From positions 62,000-125,999 of the forward strand of contig JBAZKA010000001.1 of the NCBI GenBank assembly GCA_041651015.1: a DNA stretch of 64,000 bases. The letters run 5' to 3'. Both the position numbers and the translations under genes were made by a program. The notes below the pieces were generated by a model. That model did not search any database. It was given only the letters and a program-made list of their open reading frames with translations, and was not told the origin of the DNA. Numbering within the stretch: position 1 is the stretch's first letter; each line of letters begins with the position of its first letter. Positions 31,501-40,864 of the stretch are shown here, in pieces. Source of the DNA: Patescibacteria group bacterium. GTDB lineage: Bacteria > Patescibacteriota > Patescibacteriia > Magasanikbacterales > GWA2-37-8.

Positions 31501-33028
31501 TGTGATGTTCGTAAATAATTATTTGGAAGGCGTAGTCCGAGGGGAGACCGATATATTTGATAAATTAAATTTATCGGATGACATTCGGGTGATTAAGATT
31601 CATGGCAATGTGCCGATGACAGAGCGTAAAAAGATTGAACAAGAATTTAACGAGAGCGGTGAAAAAATATTACTGGTCGTAAGCGGGCAGACAGCCGACG
31701 TGGGCGTGGATTTTTCCAACGGCCAAAAAGTAATTTTTTATAACGAGCCGTGGACCGAGTACCAAAGAAGACAAGAATTGGGTCGCGTTTTTCGTCCGGG
31801 AGTAAAAGATAATTTGGATAGCGAGGTTTTGGTTGCCGAAAAAACCATAGAGCAAGGCATCCATGAGTATATCTGGCGCAAATATAAAGCGGTGGAAAAG
31901 CTTTTGCGCGGCGTACCGATTACTGAATTGGAAAAAACACTGTTAAATAAAACCGAACAAGCCGAAGACCCGGACTTGGAAGTTAATCCGGAGCTGGCGC
32001 GTTATTATCTTTCTTGTTGGGACAAGATGATGCAGTATTTCGGTTATGCCAAAGAACTTGGCGAGGCAAAATTTGAAAAGTTTTTGGCTGATTACGGGCG
32101 CGATTATGCCGAAGGCTACCGTGAGCTCGGCAATCGCAGTTATCAGGCGAACGCGAATAGAATTTCCGGCGCGATGATTGAACATGTTGCCGCGCAAAAT
32201 AAAATATCCGCCAAAGATCTTAAAATATTGGACATGGCCTCTGGTCCGGAAATGCTTAGGCGCCACATCGCGGATGATTTACAAAATAGCGTCGTGAGTT
32301 TGGATATCAATCCACATCATCTGCAGAATGCTTCAGGGGATGTTATAAATGCGAGCGCTCGTAAAACCCCGTTTAAAGATAAAAGTTTTGATTATGTAAA
32401 TTATGCGCTCGCTTGGCACTATGGTAAATTTGTTCCGTCACGAAGCGATTTTGAACGCGCGGAAATTTTGGCCGAAGCCAATCGCGTCTTAAAAAACGAC
32501 GGCCGTTTGGTTTTGAGTTTGATTTACTCGGTAAATGTGGCGGATGAAGAAAAATTCATTGCCGCGGTTAATGAGTTGGGGTTTGAGATTGACTCCGAAC
32601 ACAGTGGGGAAGCCGTCAGCGAAAATGTGTTTCGTTCAAAAATTTATACCCTTAAAAAAGTGCGTGATTTGGATAAATCTCCGGCCGAGGCGGCGTCGGA
32701 GATTAGTCCGGATAATTATCCCGGGATGAAAATTCGCACCGACAAGGGTTCGTTAAAAAATTCGCGTAAAATCGTCGGCGGCTTTACCTTGAACGGTCAA
32801 GAAGTCGCGGTTGATCTGAACAGCGCCGACAAAGAAGCGTTGGACGAGGAGCGAAATGTTAGCCAAGAGATGAAGACGTTGAAAGATAAATTTGAAGGGA
32901 TAAAAAATATTCCGCGAGCAGAGATATTGTCCAATAAGTTCGCGCGCATTTTAATCGGGAAAAAGTTTGCTTTGTTCAAAAAACTGGAACGTGGCAGCGG
33001 CGCGGTTGTTATTAAAGATGAAAATTAA
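28550..33028 (+). CDS. six tandem HTH-like repeats + SNF2-family helicase + class I SAM methyltransferase
   Basis: Repeats LPQVDKETGIYTDENGEQW...; ADEMGLGKS, DEAH, LSGTP, QELGRVFRPG; ILDMASGP, FKDKSFDYV, EANRVLKNDG. Confidence 0.85.
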   Translation: MSEKFRPMPEEARGEIKSEKPSDIKVEKNDNIEKEKLPQVDKETGIYTDENGEEWATVSMVVKLLGLSGAVFTKERLSGVRSIRGRDGTGKSVNLLNLTDIKIFFADHLRLPQVDKETGIYKDENGEQWATAPAAAELFGFGADMLSKERLAYVRSIRGRSRSGNFVNLYNLTDLRNYFADHLRLPQVDKETGIYTDENGEQWVTLKTASDIIGVYEVMITKKRLSKVRSIRGRDRVGRGPNHGQPNNLFNLSDLKKLFADHLRLPQVDKETGIYTDENGEQWVALKTASDIIGVYQVMFTEKRLSKVRSIRGRDRVGRGPNHGQPNNLFNLSDLKKLFADHLRLPQVDKETGIYTDENGEQWATKSAAAKFFMLDVKLFTKKRLFSIRAIRGRGAGISSPEPGQLGNLFNLSDLKKLFADYLHLPQVDKETGIYTDENGERWVARATAAKMFGVDVVTLTALRLSQVRSIRGRYKDGRAPEFGQPNNLFNLSDLEKVFADYITQKKGSAQDRELRESFDKKINEIADGETFDAQKFRSLVDAFGAARCVDILYRLYPEFKGLPIEHIKGTMADYLGDFLIAKGDFHPRNWGDIEPFLSDVTFRESLYETVKDHCLRYFFIKKREEPQRDNLEIIYEYLDNAASEVQGIDSKELDDIIQNVIEYYDAAIRDFEKPEGFKDRLTTDREFPDINQKINMKELSDKKRILIADEMGLGKSASVIMAKEQLGVACALVTAPANVIETWKKYLSDEDGGYYLEGKAPKVLSIEKSEDLDRTASEQFDFILISHERLSAGADIVEKLSLAGFDMLVVDEAHKMKNPKGQRAEQALELAASLDPETGYLALLSGTPVPNKVGDIAIALKMLYPDKFADVPAEELSGQIISGDILDLRSLLMPRMQMKDLRESIDMPELTETIVPISLSPEERDIYEALLEDDEVTATEKMKILRQFLLNPDLVVLDPNLESSKIRACRERLNEAFAEHDKVVMFVNNYLEGVVRGETDIFDKLNLSDDIRVIKIHGNVPMTERKKIEQEFNESGEKILLVVSGQTADVGVDFSNGQKVIFYNEPWTEYQRRQELGRVFRPGVKDNLDSEVLVAEKTIEQGIHEYIWRKYKAVEKLLRGVPITELEKTLLNKTEQAEDPDLEVNPELARYYLSCWDKMMQYFGYAKELGEAKFEKFLADYGRDYAEGYRELGNRSYQANANRISGAMIEHVAAQNKISAKDLKILDMASGPEMLRRHIADDLQNSVVSLDINPHHLQNASGDVINASARKTPFKDKSFDYVNYALAWHYGKFVPSRSDFERAEILAEANRVLKNDGRLVLSLIYSVNVADEEKFIAAVNELGFEIDSEHSGEAVSENVFRSKIYTLKKVRDLDKSPAEAASEISPDNYPGMKIRTDKGSLKNSRKIVGGFTLNGQEVAVDLNSADKEALDEERNVSQEMKTLKDKFEGIKNIPRAEILSNKFARILIGKKFALFKKLERGSGAVVIKDEN
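28658..30060 (+). repeat. intragenic tandem repeat, 6 units of 222-240 bp
   Basis: Units start at about 28658, 28880, 29102, 29342, 29582 and 29822; units 3 and 4 are nearly identical in DNA. Confidence 0.95.
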
Positions 33029-33168
33029 TTTTAATTCCGCTATGCACAAGGCATGGCGGTTTTTTATTTTTTAAATTTTATGGTATAATTATTTCATCAA
33101 TTACATCAACTTAATTATTTCGTCGCATTCATCATTTTCATCAACTTCATCATTTTCATCATTCAATT

Positions 33169-35637
33169 ATGCCTTCGAGCAAATACATTTCTTGGTTCAA
33201 AGATTTAACAATCAAAGACATTCCGACGGTCGGCGGTAAGAACGCTTCGCTCGGCGAGATGTATGCCAAACTCACAGCCAAAGGCATTGTCGTGCCGAAT
33301 GGTTTTGCTATCACGGCCGAAGCCTATCGCGCGCACATGAAAGAAAACGATTTGGAAGGCAAAATAAAAAAATTAATGTCCGGGTTAAACGCGCGAAATG
33401 TGCGCGACTTGGCCATTGCCGGAAACAAAATTCGTCAGATGATTTTGGCGGAAAATTTGCCTTGGGAAGTGGTGCGCGATGTTAAAGCCTCATATCAGGA
33501 ATTGTGCAAATCCACCGGTAAAAGACAATTAGCCGTGGCCGTGCGTTCCAGCGCGACTGCCGAGGATTTACCTAACGCCAGTTTTGCCGGCCAACAGGAA
33601 ACCTATCTCAATATTCGCGGAGAAAAAGAATTATTGATTGCCGTAAAAAAATGCATTGCTTCGCTTTTTACCGACCGAGCAATTTCCTATCGCGTGGACA
33701 AAGGTTTTGACCACACGGCCGTGGCCTTGTCCGTGGCCGTGCAAGAGATGGTCAGATCAGACATCGGCGCGTCCGGCGTGATGTTTACTTTGGATACCGA
33801 ATCAGGGCACAAGGGCGTGGTCCTAATTAACGCGGCCTATGGCCTTGGCGAATATGTGGTCAAGGGCCGGGTGGTGCCGGATCAATTTTATGTTTTTAAA
33901 GACGGCGTCAAGCGCGGTTTGAATTCAATTATTAGCAAACGGCTCGGCACCAAGCAAGTAAAATTAATTTATGCCAAAAAAGGCGGAACAATTCAAGCAC
34001 CGGTAAATATCTCCGAGCAAAATGTTTTTTGCGTGGACGATAAAGACGTCATCACTTTGGCCAAATGGGGGATGATGATAGAGGAGCACTATGGCCACGC
34101 CATGGATATTGAATGGGCCAAAGACGGTGAGACCGGCAAAATGTATATTGTGCAAGCGCGTTCCGAGACCGTGAAATCCCAAGAGAAAATAAATATCATT
34201 GAAACATATCATTTGGAAAAAAAGAGCGCGGTTTTGGCCGAGGGCGCGAGTGTGGGTCAAAAAATCGGCGCAGGCAAAGTCCGCATCATTGAAACGCCCG
34301 CTAAACTAAAAAATTTCAAAAAAGGCGAAGTGCTGGTGACGCGTTTGACCGACCCTGATTGGGAACCGATTATGCGATTGGCCAGCGCCATTGTCACCGA
34401 GCAAGGCGGCAAGACCTCGCACGCGGCTATTGTCTCGCGCGAACTTGGCATCCCGTGTATTGTGGGAGCGGCCAACGCGCGCAAGCTTTTGAAAAACGGC
34501 GAACCGGTCACCGTGTCTTGCGCCGAAGGCGAGGCCGGCTATGTTTATAAAGGAATTTTGCCGTTCTCGGTCCAGCGTACCGAGCTCAAAGAATTGCAAA
34601 AGACGCGCACCAAAGTAATGATGAACGTGGGCGACCCAAACAGCGCGCTCGCGCTCGCGTCTATTCCCAACGACGGCGTGGGACTGGCGCGTGAAGAATT
34701 TATATTTACGGATTTTATCAAAATTCATCCGTTAGCCTTGGTTAATTTTGATAAACTCAAAGATAAAAAAGCCAAACATAAAATCAGCGAGATGACCGTC
34801 GGCTATAAAAACAAAACCGATTTTTGTGTGGATAGATTAGCCGAGGGCATTGCTTTTATCGCGACCGCTTTTTATCCCAACAATGTGATTGTTCGTTTGT
34901 CGGATTTTAAAACCAATGAATATGCCACGCTTTTGGGCGGGGCAGAGTTTGAACCCAAAGAAGAAAATCCCATGATCGGCTGGCGCGGAGCTTCGCGTTA
35001 TTATGACCCCAAATACAAAGAGGGTTTTCATTTGGAGTGCAAGGCGCTCAAAAAAGTCCGCGAGGATTGGGGGCTCAAAAATGTGATTATTATGGTGCCA
35101 TTCTGCCGGACGCCCGAAGAAGGTAAAAAAGTTTTAGCCACGATGAAAGAATTTGGTTTGGAACGCGGTAAAAATGATTTGAAAGTTTATGTGATGTGCG
35201 AAATTCCGTCCAATGTAATTTTGGCCGACGACTACGCGCAAATTTTTGACGGATTTTCCATTGGTTCAAATGATTTAACCCAATTGACTTTGGGCGTGGA
35301 CCGCGATTCGGCCTTGGTCAGTCATATATATGATGAAAATAACGCCGCGGTCAAAAAATTAATCCGCAGTGTGATTAAAACAGCGCACAATCGCGGACGC
35401 AAGGTTGGCATCTGCGGGCAGGCGCCGAGCGATTATCCCAAGTTCGCCGAATTTTTGGTGGAAGCGGGGATTGATAGCATTTCGCTCAATCCGGACACAG
35501 TGCTCAAAACCCGCCAGAATATTTTATCCATGGAAAAGAAAATTCGCAGTCCGCTCTCGGGCGCGGCTGTGATCGCGGAAACAATTATCATTGTAGCAGT
35601 CGGCCTGATGGTAGCCATGGTAGGGTTGGCATTTTAA
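33169..35637 (+). CDS. ppsA: phosphoenolpyruvate synthase with a C-terminal hydrophobic tail
   Basis: VGGKNASLGEM, AVRSSATAEDLP.ASFAGQQET, GGKTSHAAIVSRELG, FSIGSNDLTQ, GICGQAPSD. Confidence 0.96.
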   Translation: MPSSKYISWFKDLTIKDIPTVGGKNASLGEMYAKLTAKGIVVPNGFAITAEAYRAHMKENDLEGKIKKLMSGLNARNVRDLAIAGNKIRQMILAENLPWEVVRDVKASYQELCKSTGKRQLAVAVRSSATAEDLPNASFAGQQETYLNIRGEKELLIAVKKCIASLFTDRAISYRVDKGFDHTAVALSVAVQEMVRSDIGASGVMFTLDTESGHKGVVLINAAYGLGEYVVKGRVVPDQFYVFKDGVKRGLNSIISKRLGTKQVKLIYAKKGGTIQAPVNISEQNVFCVDDKDVITLAKWGMMIEEHYGHAMDIEWAKDGETGKMYIVQARSETVKSQEKINIIETYHLEKKSAVLAEGASVGQKIGAGKVRIIETPAKLKNFKKGEVLVTRLTDPDWEPIMRLASAIVTEQGGKTSHAAIVSRELGIPCIVGAANARKLLKNGEPVTVSCAEGEAGYVYKGILPFSVQRTELKELQKTRTKVMMNVGDPNSALALASIPNDGVGLAREEFIFTDFIKIHPLALVNFDKLKDKKAKHKISEMTVGYKNKTDFCVDRLAEGIAFIATAFYPNNVIVRLSDFKTNEYATLLGGAEFEPKEENPMIGWRGASRYYDPKYKEGFHLECKALKKVREDWGLKNVIIMVPFCRTPEEGKKVLATMKEFGLERGKNDLKVYVMCEIPSNVILADDYAQIFDGFSIGSNDLTQLTLGVDRDSALVSHIYDENNAAVKKLIRSVIKTAHNRGRKVGICGQAPSDYPKFAEFLVEAGIDSISLNPDTVLKTRQNILSMEKKIRSPLSGAAVIAETIIIVAVGLMVAMVGLAF

Positions 35638-35700
35638 ATTCGCATAAAATAAAATTAGCCGCCCTGCATTACGCGAGGCGGCTGTTTGTTTTGGTTTCGT

Positions 35701-36141
35701 TTAGAGGATCCCGACGCCAGCGCCAGGAAGCGCTTTCAGAATATCTCCGGCCATTTTAACCAACACAGGATCATTCGGGCGTGATTTTTTTCCATTGTTT
35801 CCGTACAATTTGAAAAGCGTCACTCCGATTACCGCGGTATTTTCGATTTTCATCAATCGTTTGCTTTTGGCCAGCGTTTCGGGAATAAATTTTGTTTCGC
35901 TGATGAAAACAACGTGAATGGTTTGGCAAAAAATTTCCACGTCGTCGATATTTTTGAAACTAATTCTCTCGGTATATGCTTTTCCGTGCGGCGGGTTTTC
36001 ACCCTCAAGCTCCATGCTGAGCCCGAGAGTCATTTTCACCGTGTTGAAAATATTTTTCCAAAAAGGATTTGACGTGACGATTGGAATGAACGTATGCAAC
36101 CGTCGCCCCATTGGATAAAATCCATGTTCTCCCTCTCTCAT
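35701..36141 (-). CDS. hypothetical protein with its own promoter, boxA-like motif and SD
   Basis: GGAGG 8 nt before ATG 36141; TTGACA-17-TAGAAT at 36244-36216. Confidence 0.6.
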   Translation of the reverse strand: MREGEHGFYPMGRRLHTFIPIVTSNPFWKNIFNTVKMTLGLSMELEGENPPHGKAYTERISFKNIDDVEIFCQTIHVVFISETKFIPETLAKSKRLMKIENTAVIGVTLFKLYGNNGKKSRPNDPVLVKMAGDILKALPGAGVGIL

Positions 36142-36248
36142 TGCTTTTTCCTCCGCGTCGCCCCGACGCATTAATGATTGCTTTTTACGAAACCAAATTC
36201 AAAGAACTTTTTGCGATTCTATCACTTAATACAATTTATGTCAATGCT

Positions 36249-38039
36249 TTATTGCGCTTTTCGTGAGGCGCGGATACGGTCGTTTTCTGTCAGGTTTTGT
36301 TTGCGTAAACGGACGGCTGTGGGTGTAATTTCCAAATATTCGTCCTCGGCCATAATTTCTAAACCTTTTTCCAAAGTAATTTCTTGCGGAGCGGTGAGTT
36401 GAATAGCAAAATCCGCGCCCGATGAGCGCATGTTGGTTAATTTTTTACCGCGGATCGGATTGACGGTCATATCAAAGCCTTTGGCTGTGTTGCCAATCAC
36501 TTGTCCCTCGTAGATATCAGTGCCGGCCGGAATAAATAATGAACCGCGGTCCTGCAGGGCGGCCAATGAATACGATAAAGCTTTGCCCGTCTCGCCCGAT
36601 ATCATAGAACCGGTGGAGCGTTTTTCAATCTCACCCGCATACGGACGGAAGCCGATTACTTCGGAACATAAAATTCCTTCACCGCGCGTGTCCACGATAA
36701 ATTCATTACGATAGCCCAAAAGTCCGCGCGTGGGAATTTCGTAAATCAAACGGGTGTGGTTTTGTTCCGGATGCATGTTGGTCATCCGGCCTTTGCGTTT
36801 GGATAATTTTTCAATCACCACACTGACGGATTCAGCCGGCACATCTACAGTCGCTTCTTCAAACGGTTCGTGCTTCATCCCGTCAATTTCTTTGACAATG
36901 ACTTGCGGTTGGGAAACTTGTAATTCAAAACCTTCACGGCGCATATTTTCCAAAAGAATGGCGATGTGTAATTCGCCCCGGCCAAAAACTTTGTAATGGT
37001 CAATCGGAGAAAAATCTATTTTCAAACCAACGTTCACTTCCAATTCTTTTTCCAAGCGTTCTTTGATTTGTCGGCTGGTGACGTATTTACCTTCGCGCCC
37101 GGCAAAAGGGGAGTTGTTAACTAAAAAATTCAAAGAGATGGTCGGCTCGTCAATCCTGATGGCCGGCAATAATTCCTGATTTTGGTCCACGCAAATTGTG
37201 TCGCCGATATAAATGTCGGGCAGACCGGCCAGCATGACAATATCGCCCGCGTCCGCGTTTGGCACTTCTTTTTTACTCATGCCTTCAAAAGTATAAATTT
37301 TTGTGATTTGCCCGGGTATAATTTGGCCATCGGATTTTTTTACAAACACGCGTGAACCGGAACCGATCGTGCCTTGCACCACGCGTCCGATACCCATACG
37401 TCCGAGGTAATTATCATAAGCCAGATTAAACGGCTGAAAAGTAAAAGGCAAGGTCGCATCAGCTTGAGCCGGCTCCACTTTTTCCAGAATCGTATCCAAA
37501 AGAGGAATCAGGTTGTCTGACTCATCGGCTAAATTCATTTTGGCAATGCCAAGTTTGGCAATGGCATAAACCGTGGTGAAATTTAATTGCGCGTCAGTCG
37601 CGCCCAGATCCATAAACAATTCCAAGACCTTTTCGTGCGTCCATTCCGGGCGAGCGGCCGGTTTGTCAATCTTGTTGATAACCACAATCGGCTTGATACC
37701 CAGTTCCAATGATTTTTTTAACACAAATTTGGTCTGGGGCATCGGGCCTTCCTGAGCGTCCACCACGAGGAGTACGGAATCAATGGAGCGCAAGATGCGT
37801 TCCACTTCCGAACCAAAATCCGCGTGTCCGGGCGTATCCACGATGTTGATTTTCACGCCTTTATAAAATAACGAAGCGTTCTTTGAGTAAATCGTAATAC
37901 CACGCTCTTGTTCCAGCGCGTTGGAGTCCATACTGGCCGAGTCATCTTTCATCATGCCGGTTTGGCGCATCAAAGCATCGGTCAATTTGGTTTTGCCGTG
38001 GTCCACGTGGGCGATAATAGCGATGTTTCTAATTTCCAT
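36249..38039 (-). CDS. typA: translational GTPase TypA/BipA
   Basis: [45 protein letters not shown]. Confidence 0.97.
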   Translation of the reverse strand: MEIRNIAIIAHVDHGKTKLTDALMRQTGMMKDDSASMDSNALEQERGITIYSKNASLFYKGVKINIVDTPGHADFGSEVERILRSIDSVLLVVDAQEGPMPQTKFVLKKSLELGIKPIVVINKIDKPAARPEWTHEKVLELFMDLGATDAQLNFTTVYAIAKLGIAKMNLADESDNLIPLLDTILEKVEPAQADATLPFTFQPFNLAYDNYLGRMGIGRVVQGTIGSGSRVFVKKSDGQIIPGQITKIYTFEGMSKKEVPNADAGDIVMLAGLPDIYIGDTICVDQNQELLPAIRIDEPTISLNFLVNNSPFAGREGKYVTSRQIKERLEKELEVNVGLKIDFSPIDHYKVFGRGELHIAILLENMRREGFELQVSQPQVIVKEIDGMKHEPFEEATVDVPAESVSVVIEKLSKRKGRMTNMHPEQNHTRLIYEIPTRGLLGYRNEFIVDTRGEGILCSEVIGFRPYAGEIEKRSTGSMISGETGKALSYSLAALQDRGSLFIPAGTDIYEGQVIGNTAKGFDMTVNPIRGKKLTNMRSSGADFAIQLTAPQEITLEKGLEIMAEDEYLEITPTAVRLRKQNLTENDRIRASRKAQ

Positions 38040-38164
38040 ATAATTTTTTTGTTTCCTTTTCATCATTATATAGCGATGAGGTGGAATTGGGCGAGTATAC
38101 ACTAAAAAACGGATGTTGTCAACTGATTGCAAGCAAATATGCGAAGTGTTATAATATTGTCCGT

Positions 38165-39100
38165 ATGCTTAAAGTCATAGTGAAAAAATCCCCAATAGCG
38201 GGCAAGGGTATCTTTGCCGCGCAGAATTTCAAAATAGGTGAAGTGGTTTTTGTTTTACACGGACCGATAATCAAATATCCAACTGTGCCAGACTGGCGCA
38301 ATGGTCAAAATTGGCTTAATATTGCGAAGTTTACTTGGAAAATTCCCGACCATGATAATGTTTGGAATTATATTAATCATTCTTGCCGCCCAAATTCTTT
38401 ATTAACCGGCGGTACCAAAGTAGTCGCCATACGTCCCATTAGTAATGGGGACGAAGTCGTTATTGACTATTCTTGCACGGAAGCGGTCGCCGCTTGGAAG
38501 ATGAAATGCCATTGCCGACAAAAAAATTGTCGCGGCGTGATACGAAGTATCCAGTATTTGCCAAAAAATTTATTTGAGAAATATAAAAATTACATCCCGC
38601 TCTTTTTAAAGAAAGAATATTTGCAACATAAATTTTATTCCGGCCGCGCAAAGAGTGGCAGTCCGGCGATTTTCGCCAAGCAGATGATAATAAAAAATGA
38701 GACCATCTTTATAATCAAGGGACCGGTAATCAAATACACACGTCCGCCCCGTTATCAGATAGGCTATCATTGGCTGGGAATATCCAAAAATATTTGGCTG
38801 ATACCGTTTAGGAACAATCCTTGGTGGCAACTGCGTCACTCTTGCGATCCGAATGTTGGTTTAAAGGATAAAACGAAAGTTGTCGCCATGCGAGATATCA
38901 GAGCGGATGAAGAATTGGTGGTTGATGATTCTATTACGGAAGCCGATATAAAGTGGCACTTTGCCTGTCATTGCGGCTCAAAAAAATGTCGGAAGACGGT
39001 AAAATCAATACAGTTTTTGCCTCAAGCACTATTCAAAAAATACAAGCCATATATTCCTGATTTTTTCCGGCAGGAATATCTAAACAGTCGCAAAATCTGA
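38165..39100 (+). CDS. tandem SET + post-SET domain protein (lysine methyltransferase-like)
   Basis: Two units: G.GIFA...NHSC.PN...DY...C.C...CRG and RHSCDPN...CHCGSKKCR. Confidence 0.88.
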   Translation: MLKVIVKKSPIAGKGIFAAQNFKIGEVVFVLHGPIIKYPTVPDWRNGQNWLNIAKFTWKIPDHDNVWNYINHSCRPNSLLTGGTKVVAIRPISNGDEVVIDYSCTEAVAAWKMKCHCRQKNCRGVIRSIQYLPKNLFEKYKNYIPLFLKKEYLQHKFYSGRAKSGSPAIFAKQMIIKNETIFIIKGPVIKYTRPPRYQIGYHWLGISKNIWLIPFRNNPWWQLRHSCDPNVGLKDKTKVVAMRDIRADEELVVDDSITEADIKWHFACHCGSKKCRKTVKSIQFLPQALFKKYKPYIPDFFRQEYLNSRKI

Positions 39101-39139
39101 TACGGGATTATTTAAGAACACCCCGCATGGCGCAGGGTG

Positions 39140-39412
39140 TCACAAACTCCGATAAATATCGTGTTTACCGATAGAGATAAATAAAATATCTCCGTTTGGT
39201 TCGCGTTCAAAAATAATTCTGTATCCGCCGGTAATGGAAATTGACCAAAGACCGTCCAACTTTCCTTGAAGGCCGTGCAAACGCAGGGACGGGTGCAGGG
39301 GATTGCTCTTGAATATATTTTCTTTCTTCGCGGCGAGCGCGATTAGTTCGGGCGGTAATTTTTTTAATTCCGCGACAAATTTTGAAGAATATAAAATTCG
39401 CGCAATGTTCAT
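39140..39412 (-). CDS. RelE/YafQ-family mRNA interferase toxin
   Basis: NPLHPSLRLHGLQGKLDGLWSISI..GYRIIF...IGKHDIY. Confidence 0.9.
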   Translation of the reverse strand: MNIARILYSSKFVAELKKLPPELIALAAKKENIFKSNPLHPSLRLHGLQGKLDGLWSISITGGYRIIFEREPNGDILFISIGKHDIYRSL

Positions 39413-39636
39413 ATCAAATCGGCCAGAGATTTGGCTTTGATTGATTTGCCGGCGCGGTATTCATTACGGGCTTCGCACACATTTTTCAAAAGTTCAGCTT
39501 CGGAAATTGAATCTTTGTCAGTCTGAAATAGATATTTTACATAGGAACTCACCGAAGCATAACCGCGTTTTTTGGCGGTTTGTTTCATTTCCCGCGCGTC
39601 AACCGCGGGCAGAGATAATGACATTATTTGGCGCAT
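39409..39636 (-). CDS. ribbon-helix-helix antitoxin
   Basis: MSLSLP...AKKRGYASVSSYVK; overlaps the toxin start. Confidence 0.8.
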   Translation of the reverse strand: MRQIMSLSLPAVDAREMKQTAKKRGYASVSSYVKYLFQTDKDSISEAELLKNVCEARNEYRAGKSIKAKSLADLI

Positions 39637-39648
39637 ATTAATGTGTTA

Positions 39649-39685
39649 TGTATTACAATATAATTGTAATACAGTTGTATTACAA
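39649..39685. promoter_or_regulatory. TA operator palindromes
   Basis: ttgtaataca-gt-tgtattacaa plus a further tgtattacaa half-site over the TA promoter. Confidence 0.7.
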
Positions 39686-39709
39686 TGTCAAGTCCGTATG
39701 ATCAAAATA

Positions 39710-39898
39710 TTAAAATTCAAACAAATCCTCAATTGTCGTCTTGAGCGCCTTGGCCACGTCATGCGCCAGTTTTAGAGAGGGGTTGTATTTATTCTGCTCC
39801 AAAAATACGACTGTTTCGCGTCTGACCTTCGCGATATTTGCCAATTCTTCCTGAGTGATATTTAGTTTATTTCTAAATTCTTTAATCCGGTTTTTCAT
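39710..39898 (-). CDS. XRE-family HTH regulator
   Basis: MKNRIKEFR...[15 protein letters not shown]...E..KYNPSL.LA. Confidence 0.9.
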   Translation of the reverse strand: MKNRIKEFRNKLNITQEELANIAKVRRETVVFLEQNKYNPSLKLAHDVAKALKTTIEDLFEF

Positions 39899-39906
39899 AA
39901 GGCAAA

Positions 39907-40467
39907 TTATTTTCTGCATTCAACGCTTGGCGCCGGGAAATCCGGATGGCCATGCTGGACCCAAACGCCCTCTTGGCACATCCAATCATCTTCGCCACTC
40001 AATAATCTCAGGCCGGCCATTATAATCATAATTATAATGACAATGCCGAGCGCGGTAAGTACCTTTCTTTTAATGCTGGTTTTATCCATAACTTTTACGT
40101 TGTTGTAAAAACGGAATATCAAAGCGTAAACGAGCATAAGGAAACAGGTGGAGTAGGCGAGTGCGGCGGCAATGGTTTCATACGCGGGATTGATTTCGCG
40201 CTTGGCATAAAGAAAAAACATCACCGCGACAGCGAACCAGCTGTAGATTTGTATGGCCCAACGCGCGGACGCGCCACCGATTTCATAGTCGCGTTCATCA
40301 GCGATGATTTCTCTAACTCTTCCGCGGAAATAAAAAAGAATTAGATAGGAGGCTGTCACCCCGATAATCGGGAAAATATAATTCCGGCTGGTGACAGACC
40401 AACTACACAGCATGGCGAGGGCTACGACAATCACGATTTTCAGCGTGGTATATTGTTTTAGATTCAT
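39907..40467 (-). CDS. DUF2178-like membrane protein
   Basis: DERD motif after two TMs, adjacent XRE gene, C-terminal EDDWMC..G.WV.HG.P. Confidence 0.7.
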   Translation of the reverse strand: MNLKQYTTLKIVIVVALAMLCSWSVTSRNYIFPIIGVTASYLILFYFRGRVREIIADERDYEIGGASARWAIQIYSWFAVAVMFFLYAKREINPAYETIAAALAYSTCFLMLVYALIFRFYNNVKVMDKTSIKRKVLTALGIVIIIMIIMAGLRLLSGEDDWMCQEGVWVQHGHPDFPAPSVECRK

Positions 40468-40576
40468 ATTTCTTTGTTAGAAATAATTAACATATCCCTA
40501 TGTTATATAATTCTAACATTTTTGTCAAGAGGGGTGTGGATAAAACAAAAAAGCCCTGATGGGCTATTTATTTTTG

Positions 40577-40650
40577 CGGGTCGGACGGGACTCGAACCCG
40601 CAACTTCCTCCGTGACAGGGAGGTGCTCTAACCAGTTGAACTACCGACCC
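40577..40650 (-). tRNA. tRNA-Asp (anticodon GTC)
   Basis: GGGTCGG/CCGACCC acceptor stem, CCTCC-CTGTCAC-GGAGG anticodon arm, GGTTCGAGTCC. Confidence 0.96.
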
Positions 40651-40762
40651 AAATTGTAAAATGATGTTTTATCCCGACCTTGCGTCGGGATTGAACTACC
40701 GACCCAATTGGCAATTCGTGGATAATTATATATGAATTTACTATTTTTGTCAAATCATTATA

Positions 40763-40864
40763 GCAAACAAAAAAGCCCCTGAAGTGTTCGGGGTAGAGAC
40801 GGAATCGAAGGAGGGGGCGATTCCGCAATACACCAAACACTTTCGGGGCTCTTTATTTTTAGAC
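40763..40864 (-). ncRNA. candidate small hairpin RNA with anti-SD loop (CCCCCUCCUU)
   Basis: TTGACA-17-(TG)TATCGT promoter at 40899-40871, long stem 40774-40850, loop 40808-40817, U-tract end. Confidence 0.6.

Noticed and set aside
40763-40864. SRP RNA or 6S RNA
   Set aside because: Lacks the SRP GNRA tetraloop with AGCAG internal loop, and is too short and lacks the central bubble of 6S.
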